DNA from: Utricularia gibba
Taxonomy: Eukaryota; Plantae; Magnoliophyta
Direction of reading: 5' to 3'
NCBI GenBank assembly: GCA_002189035.1
Contig: NEEC01000341.1
Span: 1-19,021, forward strand
DNA: 19,021 nucleotides
This document shows, piece by piece, positions 8,931-19,021 of this stretch. Each line of letters starts with the position of its first letter. Within the stretch, counting starts at the first letter, position 1. Below the pieces are notes generated by a model. It was not told the DNA's origin. It worked only from the letters and a program-made list of their open reading frames with translations, and did not search any database. A program made the position numbers and the translations under genes.

Positions 8931-11900
8931 CGGGTCTGGGGTTCGGGTGCCACATGGTCTACTTCGTGATGCAACATGAGCACCCAAAATGGTTTTCTCA
9001 ACCGCATGCTTTATATTTGATAAGGCACTCTCGTGGGGCAACCATCGAGTCGTTCATTTGTAGTCTGACTCGTTGGTTTTAATAGGCTGCCTACATGCTC
9101 ACATGTCGTTGGTTCCTGACTCGACGCCAATCGGTCCTACTCGACGAAAATCGTGATGCAGTTATTGAAGTTAGGATTTCATGAGCACCCAAAATGAACG
9201 CACCGCAAAATGGTTTCATTTGTAGCCCGGCAAAAAATCAACCGCATGCTTTATGTCTTGGGAACTTCGTTCTGACCAAGGTTCGGTCTGACTCCTTTGC
9301 CACATCGGGTCCTACTCGACGAAAATCGTGATGCAGTTATTGAAGTTAGGATTCATGAGCACCCAAAATGGTTTTCTCAACCGCATGCTTTATATTTGAT
9401 AAGGCGCTCTCGTGGGGCAACGGTATCGAGCAGGAGGTCGAGTCGAGCTCGGGCCCATAGTCATTTGTAGCTCGGCAAAAAACTTGATGCATTTATTAAC
9501 GTTGGTTTTAATAGGCTGCCTACATGGCAAAGGAAAAGCTTGTCGTATTTAACGTTGATGCTTTATAGGCTTTTACATAGTTCGTCTCAAGACAAAAAGG
9601 CTTGTCGTTTCTGGGCGGGTGATGTCTTTTCTTTGACCACATCGGGTCCTACTCGACGAAAATCGTGATGCAGTTATTGAAGTTAGGATTCGGTCTGCGC
9701 TCCTTTGCATATTCGAGGTCCTAGGCGCTCTCGTGGGGCAACGGTATGTCGAGAGGTTAGGTCGATCGATGCAGCACCCAAAATGGTTTTCTCAACAGCA
9801 TGTCTTTATTAGTGATCGGCAAAAAAATTGATGCATTTATTAACGTTGGGGCGGTTTCGGTTATGGCTGTAGGAGGTCGAGTCGAAGGAAAAGCTTGCAT
9901 CGTTTCTGGGCGGTGATGTCGAGCCGGCAAAAAAACTTCGTTCTGACCAAGGTTAACTCCTTTTAACATCGGGTCCTACTCGACGAAAATCGTGATGCAG
10001 TTATTGAAGTTAGGATTCATGAGCACCCAAAATGGTTTTCTCAACCGCATGCTTTATATTTGATAAGGCTCTCGTGGGGCAACGGTATCGAGCAGGAGGT
10101 CGAGTCGAGCTCGGGCCCATAGTCATTTGTAGCTGGCAAAAAAATTGATGCATTTATTAACGTTGGCTTTAATAGGCTGCCTACATGTTTCTCAAGGAAA
10201 AGCTTGTCGTTTTTGGCGGGTGATGTCTAACTTCGTTCTGACCAAGGTTCGGTCTGACTCCTTTGCCACATCGGGTCCTACTCGACGAAAATCGTGATGC
10301 AGTTATTGAAGTTAGGATTCATGAGCACCCAAAATGGTTTTCTCAACCGCATGCTTTATATTTGATAAGGCACTCTCGTGGGGCAACGGTATCGAGCAGG
10401 AGGTCGAGTCGAGCTCGGGCCCAGAGTCATTTGTAGCCCAAAAAATTGATGCATTTATTAACGTTGGAAAGGCTGCCTACATGTTTCTCAAGGAAAAGCT
10501 TGTCGTTTCTGGGGGTGATGTCTTTGGAACTTCGTTCGACCAAGGTTCGTCTGACTCCTTTGCCACATCGGGTCCTACTCGACGAAAATCGTGATGCAGT
10601 TATTGAAGTTAGGATTCATGAGCACCCAAAATGGTTTTCTCAACCGCATGCTTTATATTTGATAAGGCACTCTCGTGGGGCAACGGTATCGAGCAGGAGC
10701 TTCGTCGTTTCATGTTGGCGGTTTCTCAAGGAAAAGCTTGTCGTTTCTGGCGGGTGATGTCGTTGGGAACTTCGTTCTGACCAAGGTTCGGTCTGACTCC
10801 TTTGCCACATCGGGTCCTACTCGACGAAAATCGTGATGCAGTTATTGAAGTTAGGATTTCATGAGCACCCAAAATGGTTTTCTCAACCGCATGCTTTATA
10901 TTTAGGAGGCGCTCTCGTGGGGCACGGTATCGAGCAGGAGGTCGAGTCGAGCTCGGCCAGAGTCATTTGTAGCCCGGCAAAAAATTGATGCATTTATTAA
11001 CGTTGGGTTATTAGGCTGCCTACATGTTTTCAATCGTGATGCAACTTCGTTCTGATTGGTCTGAACATCGGGTCCTAGACGATTGATGCAGTGAGCACAC
11101 CCAAAATGGTTTTCTCAACCGCATGCTTTATATTTGATCTCGTGGGGCAAGGCACGAGTCTCGTGTCATTTGTAGGGCAACGGCATATCGTTGGTTTTAG
11201 GCTGCCTACATGGGAGGTCGAGTCGAGCTGACGGGCCTCCTTTGCCAGGGTCCTACTCGACGAAAATCGTGATGCAGTTATTGAAGTTAGGATTCATGAG
11301 CACCCAAAATGGTTTTCTCAACCGCATGCTTTATATTTGATAAGGTGATGCAGGAGGTCGAGTCGAGCTATCATAGCCGGCACGTTGGTTATTAGGCTGC
11401 CTACATGTTTTCAAGGAAAAGCTTGTCGTTTTGGCGGGTGATGTCGTTGGAACTTCGTTCTGACCAAGGTTCGGTCTGACTCCTTTGCCACATCGGGTCC
11501 TACTCGACGAAAATCGTGATGCAGTTATTGAAGTTAGGATTCATGAGCACCCAAAAATGGAACCGCATGCTTTAGCGCTTGTGGGGCGTTTCTGAGGCGG
11601 TAGCTGATTGATGCGTTGGGTTTTAATAGGCTTGTTTTCTCAAGTTCGTGATGTCGTTGGAACTTCGTTCTGACCCAAGGTTCGTCTGACTCCTTTGCCA
11701 CATCGGGTCCTACTCGACGAAAATCGTGATGCAGTTATTGAAGTTAGGATTTCATGAGCACCCAAAATGGTTTTCTCAACCGCATGCTTTATTTGATAAG
11801 GCGCTCTCGTGGGGCAACGGTATCGAGTAGGAGGTCGAGTCGAGCTCGGGCCCATAGTCATTTGTAGCCGGCAAAAAACTTGATGCATTTATTAACGTTG

Positions 11901-14900
11901 GTTTTAATAGGCTGCCTAATGGTTTTCAAGGAAAAGCTTGTCGTTTTTGGGCGGGTGATGTCGTTTGAACTTCGTTCTGACCAAGGTTCGGTCTGTCTCC
12001 TTTGCCAGGTCCTACTCGACGAAAATCGTGATGCAGTTATTGAAGTTAGGATTTCATGAGCACCCAAAATGCTTTTCTCAACGCATGCTTTTATTTGATA
12101 AGGCACTCTCGTGGGGCAACGGTATCGAGCAGGAGGTCGAGTCGAGCTCGGCCCAGAGTCATTTGTAGCCGGCAAAAAATTGATGCATTTATTAACGTTC
12201 GGTTTTATAGGCTGCCTACATGTTTCTCAAGGAAAAGCTTGTCGTTTTGGGCGGGTGATGTCTTTTGGAACTTCGTTCTGACCATAGGTTCGGTCTGACT
12301 CCTTTGCCACATCGGGTCCTACTCGACGAAAATCGTGATGCAGTTATTGAAGTTAGGATTCATGAGCACCCAAAAGGGTTTTCTCAACCGCATGCTTTAT
12401 ATTTGATAAGGCTCTCGTGGGGCAACGGTATCGAGCAGGAGGTCGAGTCGAGCTCGGCCCAGAGTCATTTGTAGCCCGGCAAAAAATTGATGCATTTATT
12501 AACGTTGGTTTATTAGGCTGCCTACATAGTTTCTCAAGGAAAAGCTTGTCGTTTCTGGGCGGGTGATGTCTTTGGAACTTCGTTCTGACCAAGGTTCGTC
12601 TGACTCCTTTGCCACATCGGGTCCTACTCGACGAAAATCGTGATGCAGTTATTGAAGTTAGGATTCATGAGCACCCAAAATGGTTTTCTCAACCGCATGC
12701 TTTTATTTGATAAGGTGCTCGTGGGGCAACGGTATCGAGCAGGAGGTCGAGTCGAGCTCGGGCCCATAGTCATTTGTAGCTCGGCAAAAAACTTGATGCA
12801 TTTATTAACGTTGTTTTAATAGGCCTACATGGTTTCTCAAGGAAAAGCTTGTCGTTTTTGGGCGGGTGATGTCTTTTGAACTTCGTTCTGACCAAGGTTC
12901 GGTCTGACTCCTTTGCCACATCGGGTCCTACTCGACGAAAATCGTGATGCAGTTATTGAAGTTAGGATTCATGAGCACCCAAAATGGTTTTCTCAACCGC
13001 ATGCTTTATATTTGATAAGGCACTCTCGTGGGGCAACGGTATCGAGCAGGAGGTCGAGTCGAGCTCGGCCCAGAGTCATTTGTAGCCCGGCAAAAAAATT
13101 GATGCATTTATTAACGTTGGTTTTATAGGCTGCCTACATGTTTCTCAAGGAAAAGCTTGTCGTTTCTGGCGGGTGATGTCTTTTGGAACTTCGTTCTGAC
13201 CAAGGTTCGGTCTGACTCCTTTGCCACATCGGGTCCTACTCGACGAAAATCGTGATGCAGTTATTGAAGTTAGGATCATGAGCACCCAAATGGTTTTCTC
13301 AACCGCATGCTTTATATTTGATAGGCACTCTCGTGGGGCAACGGTATCGAGCAGGAGGTCGAGTCGAGCTCGGGCCCAGAGTCATTTGTAGCCGGCAAAA
13401 AATTGATGCATTTATTAACGTTGGTTTATAGGCTGCCTACATGTTTCTCAAGGAAAAGCTTGTCGTTTCTGGGCGGGTGAGTCTGCCGTTCTGACAAGGT
13501 TGTTTTCCACATCAAGGTGAAAAAGTTAGGATTCATGAGCACCCAAAATGGTTTTCTCAACCGCATGCTTTATATTTGATAAGGCTCTCGTGGGGCAACG
13601 GTATCGAGCAGGAGGTCGAGTCGAGCTCGGGCCCAGAGTTTTGGAACTTCGTTCTGACCCAAGGTTGTCGGTGATGTCTTTTGGAACTTCGTTCTGACCA
13701 AGGTTGCCACATCGGGTCCTACTCGACGAAAATCGTGATGCAGTTATTGAAGTTAGGATTCATGAGCACCCAAAATGGTTTTCTCAACCGCATGCTTTAT
13801 ATTTGATAAGGTGCCAAAATCGGTCGAGCTTTCATCAACCGCAAATGCTTTATTCTTGTGAACTTCGTTCTGACCAAGGTTCACTCCTCGGGTGGAAAAT
13901 CGGCAACGGTATGCTTTATATTTGATAAGGCAGGGGGCAGGTATCGAGTCGAGTCTCGGGCCCATCATTTGTAGCATTTGTAGTTGGTTTTATTAGGCTG
14001 CCGGCAAACTTCGTTCTGACCAAACTCCTTTGCCACATCGGGTCCTACTCGACGAAAATCGTGATGCAGTTATTGAAGTTAGGATTCATGAGCACCCAAA
14101 ATGTTTTCTCAACCGCATGCTTTATATAGGCTGCAACGGTATCATCGAGTCGAGCTTCATCTCAATTAACGTTCGGCTTTATTAGGCTGCCTACATAGTT
14201 TCTCAAGGAAAAGCTTGTCGTTTCTGGCGGGTGATGTCTTTTGGAACTTCGTTCTGACCATAGGTTCGTCTGACTCCTTTGCCACATCGGGTCCTACTCG
14301 ACGAAAATCGTGATGCAGTTATTGAAGTTAGGATCATGAGCACCCAAAATGGTTTTCGGTCACTCTCGACTATCGAGCTCGAGTCGAGCTGGCCACATTT
14401 GTAGCCCGGCAAAAAAATTGATGCATTTATTAACGTTGGTTTTATTAGGCTGCCTACATAGTTTCTCAAGGAAAAGCTTGTCGTTTTGGGCGGGTGAAAA
14501 CCAAGGTTCGTGATGCCACATCGGGTTACTTCGTGAAGTTAGAAGTTATTCATGAGCACCAAAATGGTTTTCTCAACCGCATGCTTTATATTTGAAGGCG
14601 TCTCGTGGGGCAACGGTATCGAGCAGGAGGTCGAGTCGAGCTCGGGCCCAGAGTCATTTGTAGCCGGCAAAAAATTGATGCATTTATTAACGTTGGCTTT
14701 ATTAGGCTGCCTACATAGTTTCTCAAGGAAAAGCTTGTCGTTTCTGGGCGGTGATGTCTTTTGAACTTCGTTCTGACCAAGGTTCGTCTGACTCCTTTGC
14801 CACATCGGGTCCTACTCGACGAAAATCGTGATGCAGTTATTGAAGTTAGGATTCATGAGCACCCAAAATGGTTTTCTCAACCGCATGCTTTATATTTGAT

Positions 14901-15110
14901 AAGGCACTCTCGTGGGCAACGGTATCGAGCAGAGGTCGAGTCGAGCTCGGCCCAGAGTCATTTGTAGCCCGGCAAAAAAATTGATGCATTTATTAACGTT
15001 CGGCTTTATTTATTCCTAAGTTATTGAAGTTAGGATTCGGTTTTCTCAACCGCATGCTTTATATTTGATAAGGCGCTCTCGTGGGCAACGGTTCGTTCGG
15101 CTTTATTAGG
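8931..15110. repeat. Mosaic domain: intact units interspersed with shortened or scrambled units made only of monomer fragments
   Basis: Anchor spacings become irregular (9137-9312 = 175, 10575-10817 = 242, 11253-11500 = 247, 11500-11710 = 210). Intact runs remain (11710-13236, spacings 302-308). Disrupted patches lie at about 8931-9260, 9525-9975, 10690-10735, 11030-11400, 11555-11645, 13480-14170, 14355-14550 and 15010-15100. Confidence 0.85.
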
Positions 15111-15215
15111 CTGCCTACATAGTTTCTCAAGGAAAAGCTTGTCGTTTCTGGCGGTGATGTCGTTGGAACTTCGTTCTGACCCAAGGTTCGTCTGACTCCT
15201 TTGCCACATCGGGTC

Positions 15216-18200
15216 CTACTCGACGAAAATCGTGATGCAGTTATTGAAGTTAGGATTTCATGAGCACCCAAAATGTTTTTTCTCAATCGCATGCTTTATA
15301 TTTGAGGAGGCGCTCTCGTGGGCACGGTATCGAGCAAAAGGTCGAGTCGAGCTCGCCCAGAGTTTTGTAGCCCGCAAAAAATTGATGCATTTATTAACGT
15401 TGGTTTTATTAGGCTGCCTACATAGTTTCTCAAGGAAAAGCTGTCGTTTCTGGGCGGGTGATGTCGTTGGGAACTTCGTTCTGACCAAGGTTCGGTCTGA
15501 CTCCTTTGCCACATCGGGTCCTACTCGACGAAAATCGTGATGCAGTTATTGAAGTTAGGATTCATGAGCACCCAAAATGGTTTTCTCAACCGCATGCTTT
15601 ATATTTGAGGAGGCGCTCTCGTGGGGCAACGGTATCGAGTAGGAGGTCGAGTCGAGCTCGGGCCCATAGTCATTTGTAGCTCGGCAAAAAACTTGATGCA
15701 TTTATTAACGTTGGGTTTTATAGCGCCTACATTGTTTTCTCAAAGAAAAGCTTGTCGTTTCTGCGCGGGTGATGTCGTTGGAACTTCGTTCGGACCCAAG
15801 GTTCTGTCTGACTCCTTTGCCACATCGGGTCCTACTCGACGAAAATCGTGATGCAGTTATTGAAGTTAGGATTCATGAGCACCCAAAATGGTTTTCTCAA
15901 CCGCATGCTTTATATTTGATAAGGTGCTCTCGTGGGGCAACGGTATCGAGCAGGAGGTCGAGTCGAGCTCGGGCCCAGAGTCATTTGTAGCCCGGCAAAA
16001 AAATTGATGCATTTATTAACGTTCGGCTTTATAGGCTGCCTACATAGTTTCTCAAGGAAAAGCTTGTCGTTTCTGGGCGGGTGATGTCTTTTGGAACTTC
16101 GTTCTGACCAAGGTTCGGTCTGACTCCTTTGCCACATCGGGTCCTACTCGACGAAAATCGTGATGCAGTTATTGAAGTTAGGATTCATGAGCACCCAAAA
16201 TGGTTTTCTCAACCGCATGCTTTATATTTGATAAGGCGCTCTCGTGGGGCAACGGTATCGAGCAGGAGGTCGAGTCGAGCTCGGCCCAGAGTCATTTGTA
16301 GCCCGGCAAAAAATTGATGCATTTATTAACGTTCGGCTTTAATAGGCTGCCTACATAGTTTTCTCAAGGAAAAGCTTGTCGTTTCTGGGCGGGTGATGTC
16401 TTTTGGAACTTCGTTCTGACCAAGGTTCGGTCTGACTCCTTTGCCACATCGGGTCCTACTCGACGAAAATCGTGATGCAGTTATTGAAGTTAGGATTTCA
16501 TGAGCACCCAAAATGGTTTTCTCAACCGCATGCTTTATATTTGATAAGGCACTCTCGTGGGCAACGGTATCGAGCAGGAGGTCGAGTCGAGCTCGGGCCC
16601 AGAGTCATTTGTAGCCCGGCAAAAAAAATTGATGCATTTATTAACGTTGGTTTATAGGCTGCCTACATAGTTTCTCAAGGAAAAGCTTGTCGTTTCTGGG
16701 CGGGTGATGTCTTTTGGAACTTCGTTCTGACCAAGGTTCGGTCTGACTCCTTTGCCACATCGGGTCCTACTCGACGAAAATCGTGATGCAGTTATTGAAG
16801 TTAGGATTTCATGAGCACCCAAAATTTTTCTCAACCGCATGCTTTATATTTGATAAGGCACTCTCGTGGGGCAACGGTATCGAGCAGGAGGTCGAGTCGA
16901 GCTCGGCCCAGAGTCATTTGTAGCCCGGCAAAAAAATTGATGCATTTATTAACGTTCGGCTTTATTAGGCTGCCTACATAGTTTCTCAAGGAAAAGCTTG
17001 TCGTTTCTGGGCGGGTGATGTCTTTTGGAACTTCGTTCTGACCAAGGTTCGGTCTGACTCCTTTGCCACATCGGGTCCTACTCGACGAAAATCGTGATGC
17101 AGTTATTGAAGTTAGGATTCATGAGCACCCAAAATGGTTTTCTCAACCGCATGCTTTATATTTGATAAGGCGCTCTCGTGGGCAACGGTATCGAGCAGGA
17201 GGTCGAGTCGAGCTCGGCCCAGAGTCATTTGTAGCCCGGCAAAAAATTGATGCATTTATTAACGTTCGGCTTTTATTAGGCTGCCTACATAGTTTCTCAA
17301 GGAAAAGCTTGTCGTTTCTGGGCGGGTGATGTCTTTTGGAACTTCGTTCTGACCATAGGTTCGTCTGACTCCTTTGCCACATCGGGTCCTACTCGACGAA
17401 AATCGTGATGCAGTTATTGAAGTTAGGATTCATGAGCACCCAAAATGGTTTTCTCAACCGCATGCTTTTATTTGATAAGGTGCTCTCGTGGGGCAACGGT
17501 ATCGAGCAGGAGGTCGAGTCGAGCTCGGGCCCATAGTCATTTGTAGCTCGGCAAAAAACTTGATGCATTTATTAACGGTTGGTTTTAATAGGCTGCCTAC
17601 ATGTTTCTCAAGGAAAAGCTTGTCGTTTTTGGCGGGTGATGTCTTGGGAACTTCGTTCTGACCCAAGGTTCGGTCTGACTCCTTTGCCACATCGGGTCCT
17701 ACTCGACGAAAATCGTGATGCAGTTATTGAAGTTAGGAATCATGAGCACCCAAAATGGTTTTCTCAACCGCATGCTTTATATTTGATAAGGCGCTCTCGT
17801 GGGGCAACGGTATCGAGCAGGAGGTCGAGTCGAGCTCGGGCCCAGAGTCATTTGTAGCCGGCAAAAAATTGATGCATTTATTAACGTTGGCTTTATTAGG
17901 CTGCCTACATTTTCTCAAGGAAAAGCTTGTCGTTTCTGGGCGGGTGATGTCTTTGGAACTTCGTTCTGACCCAAGGTTCGGTCTGACTCCTTTGCCACAT
18001 CGGTCCTACTCGACGAAAATCGTGATGCAGTTATTGAAGTTAGGATTTCATGAGCACCCAAAATGGTTTTCTCAACCGCATGCTTTATATTTGATAAGGC
18101 ACTCTCGTGGGGCAACGGTATCGAGCAGGAGGTCGAGTCGAGCTCGGCCCAGAGTCATTTGTTAGCCGGCAAAAAAAATTGATGCATTTATTAACGTTCG

Positions 18201-19021
18201 GCTTTATTAGGCTGCCTACATAGTTTCTCAAGGAAAAGCTTGTCGTTTCTGGGCGGGTGATGTCTTTTGGAACTTCGTTCTGACCATAGGTTCTTCTGAC
18301 TCCTTTGCCACATCGGGTCCTACTCGACGAAAATCGTGATGCAGTTATTGAAGTTAGGATTCATGAGCACCCAAAATGGTTTTCTCAACCGCATGCTTTA
18401 TATTTGATAAGGCACTCTCGTGGGGCAACGTATCGAGCAGGAGGTCGAGTCGAGCTCGGGCCCAGAGTCATTTGTAGCCGGCAAAAAAATTGATGCATTT
18501 ATTAACGTTCGGCTTTATAGGCTGCCTACATAGTTTCTCAAGGAAAAGCTTGTCGTTTTGGCGGGTGATGTCGTTGGGAACTTCGTTCTGACCAGGTTCT
18601 GTCTGACTCCTTTGCCACATCGGGTCCTACTCGACGAAAATCGTGATGCAGTTATTGAAGTTAGGATTTCATGAGCACCCAAAATGTTTTTTCAATCGCA
18701 TGCTTTGTAGTTAGGAGGCGCTCTAGGGGGCACGTATCGGGCAAAAGGTCGAGTCGGCTCGTCCCAGAGTCATTTGTAGCCCGACAAAAATATTGATGCA
18801 TTTATTAACGTTCGGGCGCTATTAGGCTGCCTACATAGTTTCTCAAGGAAAAGCTTGTCGTTTCTGGGCGGGTGATGTCGTTGGGAACTTCGTTCGGACC
18901 CAAGGTTCTGACTGACTCCTTTGCCACATCGGGTCCTACTCGACGAAAATCGTGATGCAGTTATTGAAGTTAGGATGTCATGAGCACCCAAAATGGTTTT
19001 CTCAACCGCATGCTTATATTT
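15216..19021. repeat. Regular monomeric ~310-bp domain with a third beta variant
   Basis: Anchors at 15216, 15521, 15832, 16144, 16456, 16767, 17078, 17389, 17699, 18006, 18320, 18627 and 18936 give a mean spacing of 310 bp. Most beta halves read AACGTTCGGCTTTA(T)TAGG...CTACATAGTTT. Confidence 0.93.

Larger units (their letters stand above)
1..19021. repeat. Tandem satellite DNA array, ~310-bp unit, single orientation, spanning the whole window
   Basis: The anchor CTACTCGACGAAAATCGTGATGCAG recurs at 34, 346, 650, 963, 1268, 1581, 1889, 2201, 2509, 2823, 3126, 3442 ... 17699, 18006, 18320, 18627, 18936, always on the + strand. Spacing is 300-316 bp in intact regions. I saw no non-repeat insert. 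Confidence 0.99.

Noticed and set aside
8931-15110. Transposon insertion or inversion as the cause of the irregular region
   Set aside because: All pieces trace to the monomer on the + strand. I saw no foreign sequence, terminal repeats, target-site duplications or reverse-complement copies.
78-18991. About 100 ORFs of 60-141 aa with recurring peptides (HRVLLDENRDAVIEVRI, GAHEILTSITASRFSSS)
   Set aside because: They are translations of the same repeat in several overlapping frames on both strands. Stops occur within each unit, frames shift at homopolymers, unit lengths are not multiples of three, and I recognise no protein motif.
1-19021. Naming the satellite family or species (CentO, CentC and similar)
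   Set aside because: Only the subunit length is similar. I do not recognise the sequence itself, and a BLAST against repeat databases is needed.

Overview
The whole 19,021-bp window is one head-to-tail tandem satellite array in a single orientation. The basic unit is about 310 bp (about 46% GC by hand count of one copy), with roughly 60-65 copies. I find no credible protein-coding gene, RNA gene, transposon or CRISPR array, and every ORF in the track is a chance reading frame of the repeat. The interest lies in the array architecture. (1) Each 310-bp unit is itself a diverged dimer of two ~155-bp subunits, here called alpha (starts TGATGCAGTT) and beta (starts TGATGCATTT). (2) From 34 to 8064 two unit types, A and B, alternate strictly, giving a ~618-bp higher-order repeat (4 x 155). 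(3) Near 8.2 kb the array switches to a 310-bp unit made of alpha-A plus beta-B. (4) 8.9-15.1 kb contains scrambled patches built only from monomer fragments, which are probably consensus or assembly artefacts. (5) 15.2-19.0 kb is a regular 310-bp array carrying a third set of beta variants. Several variant sites fit C-to-T decay at CG and CHG contexts, which together with the ~155-bp subunit suggests a methylated plant (peri)centromeric-type satellite. That assignment is inference, and I cannot name the species or family. Pervasive +/-1 homopolymer differences suggest noisy long-read sequence. I see no evidence of a novel gene-based system.
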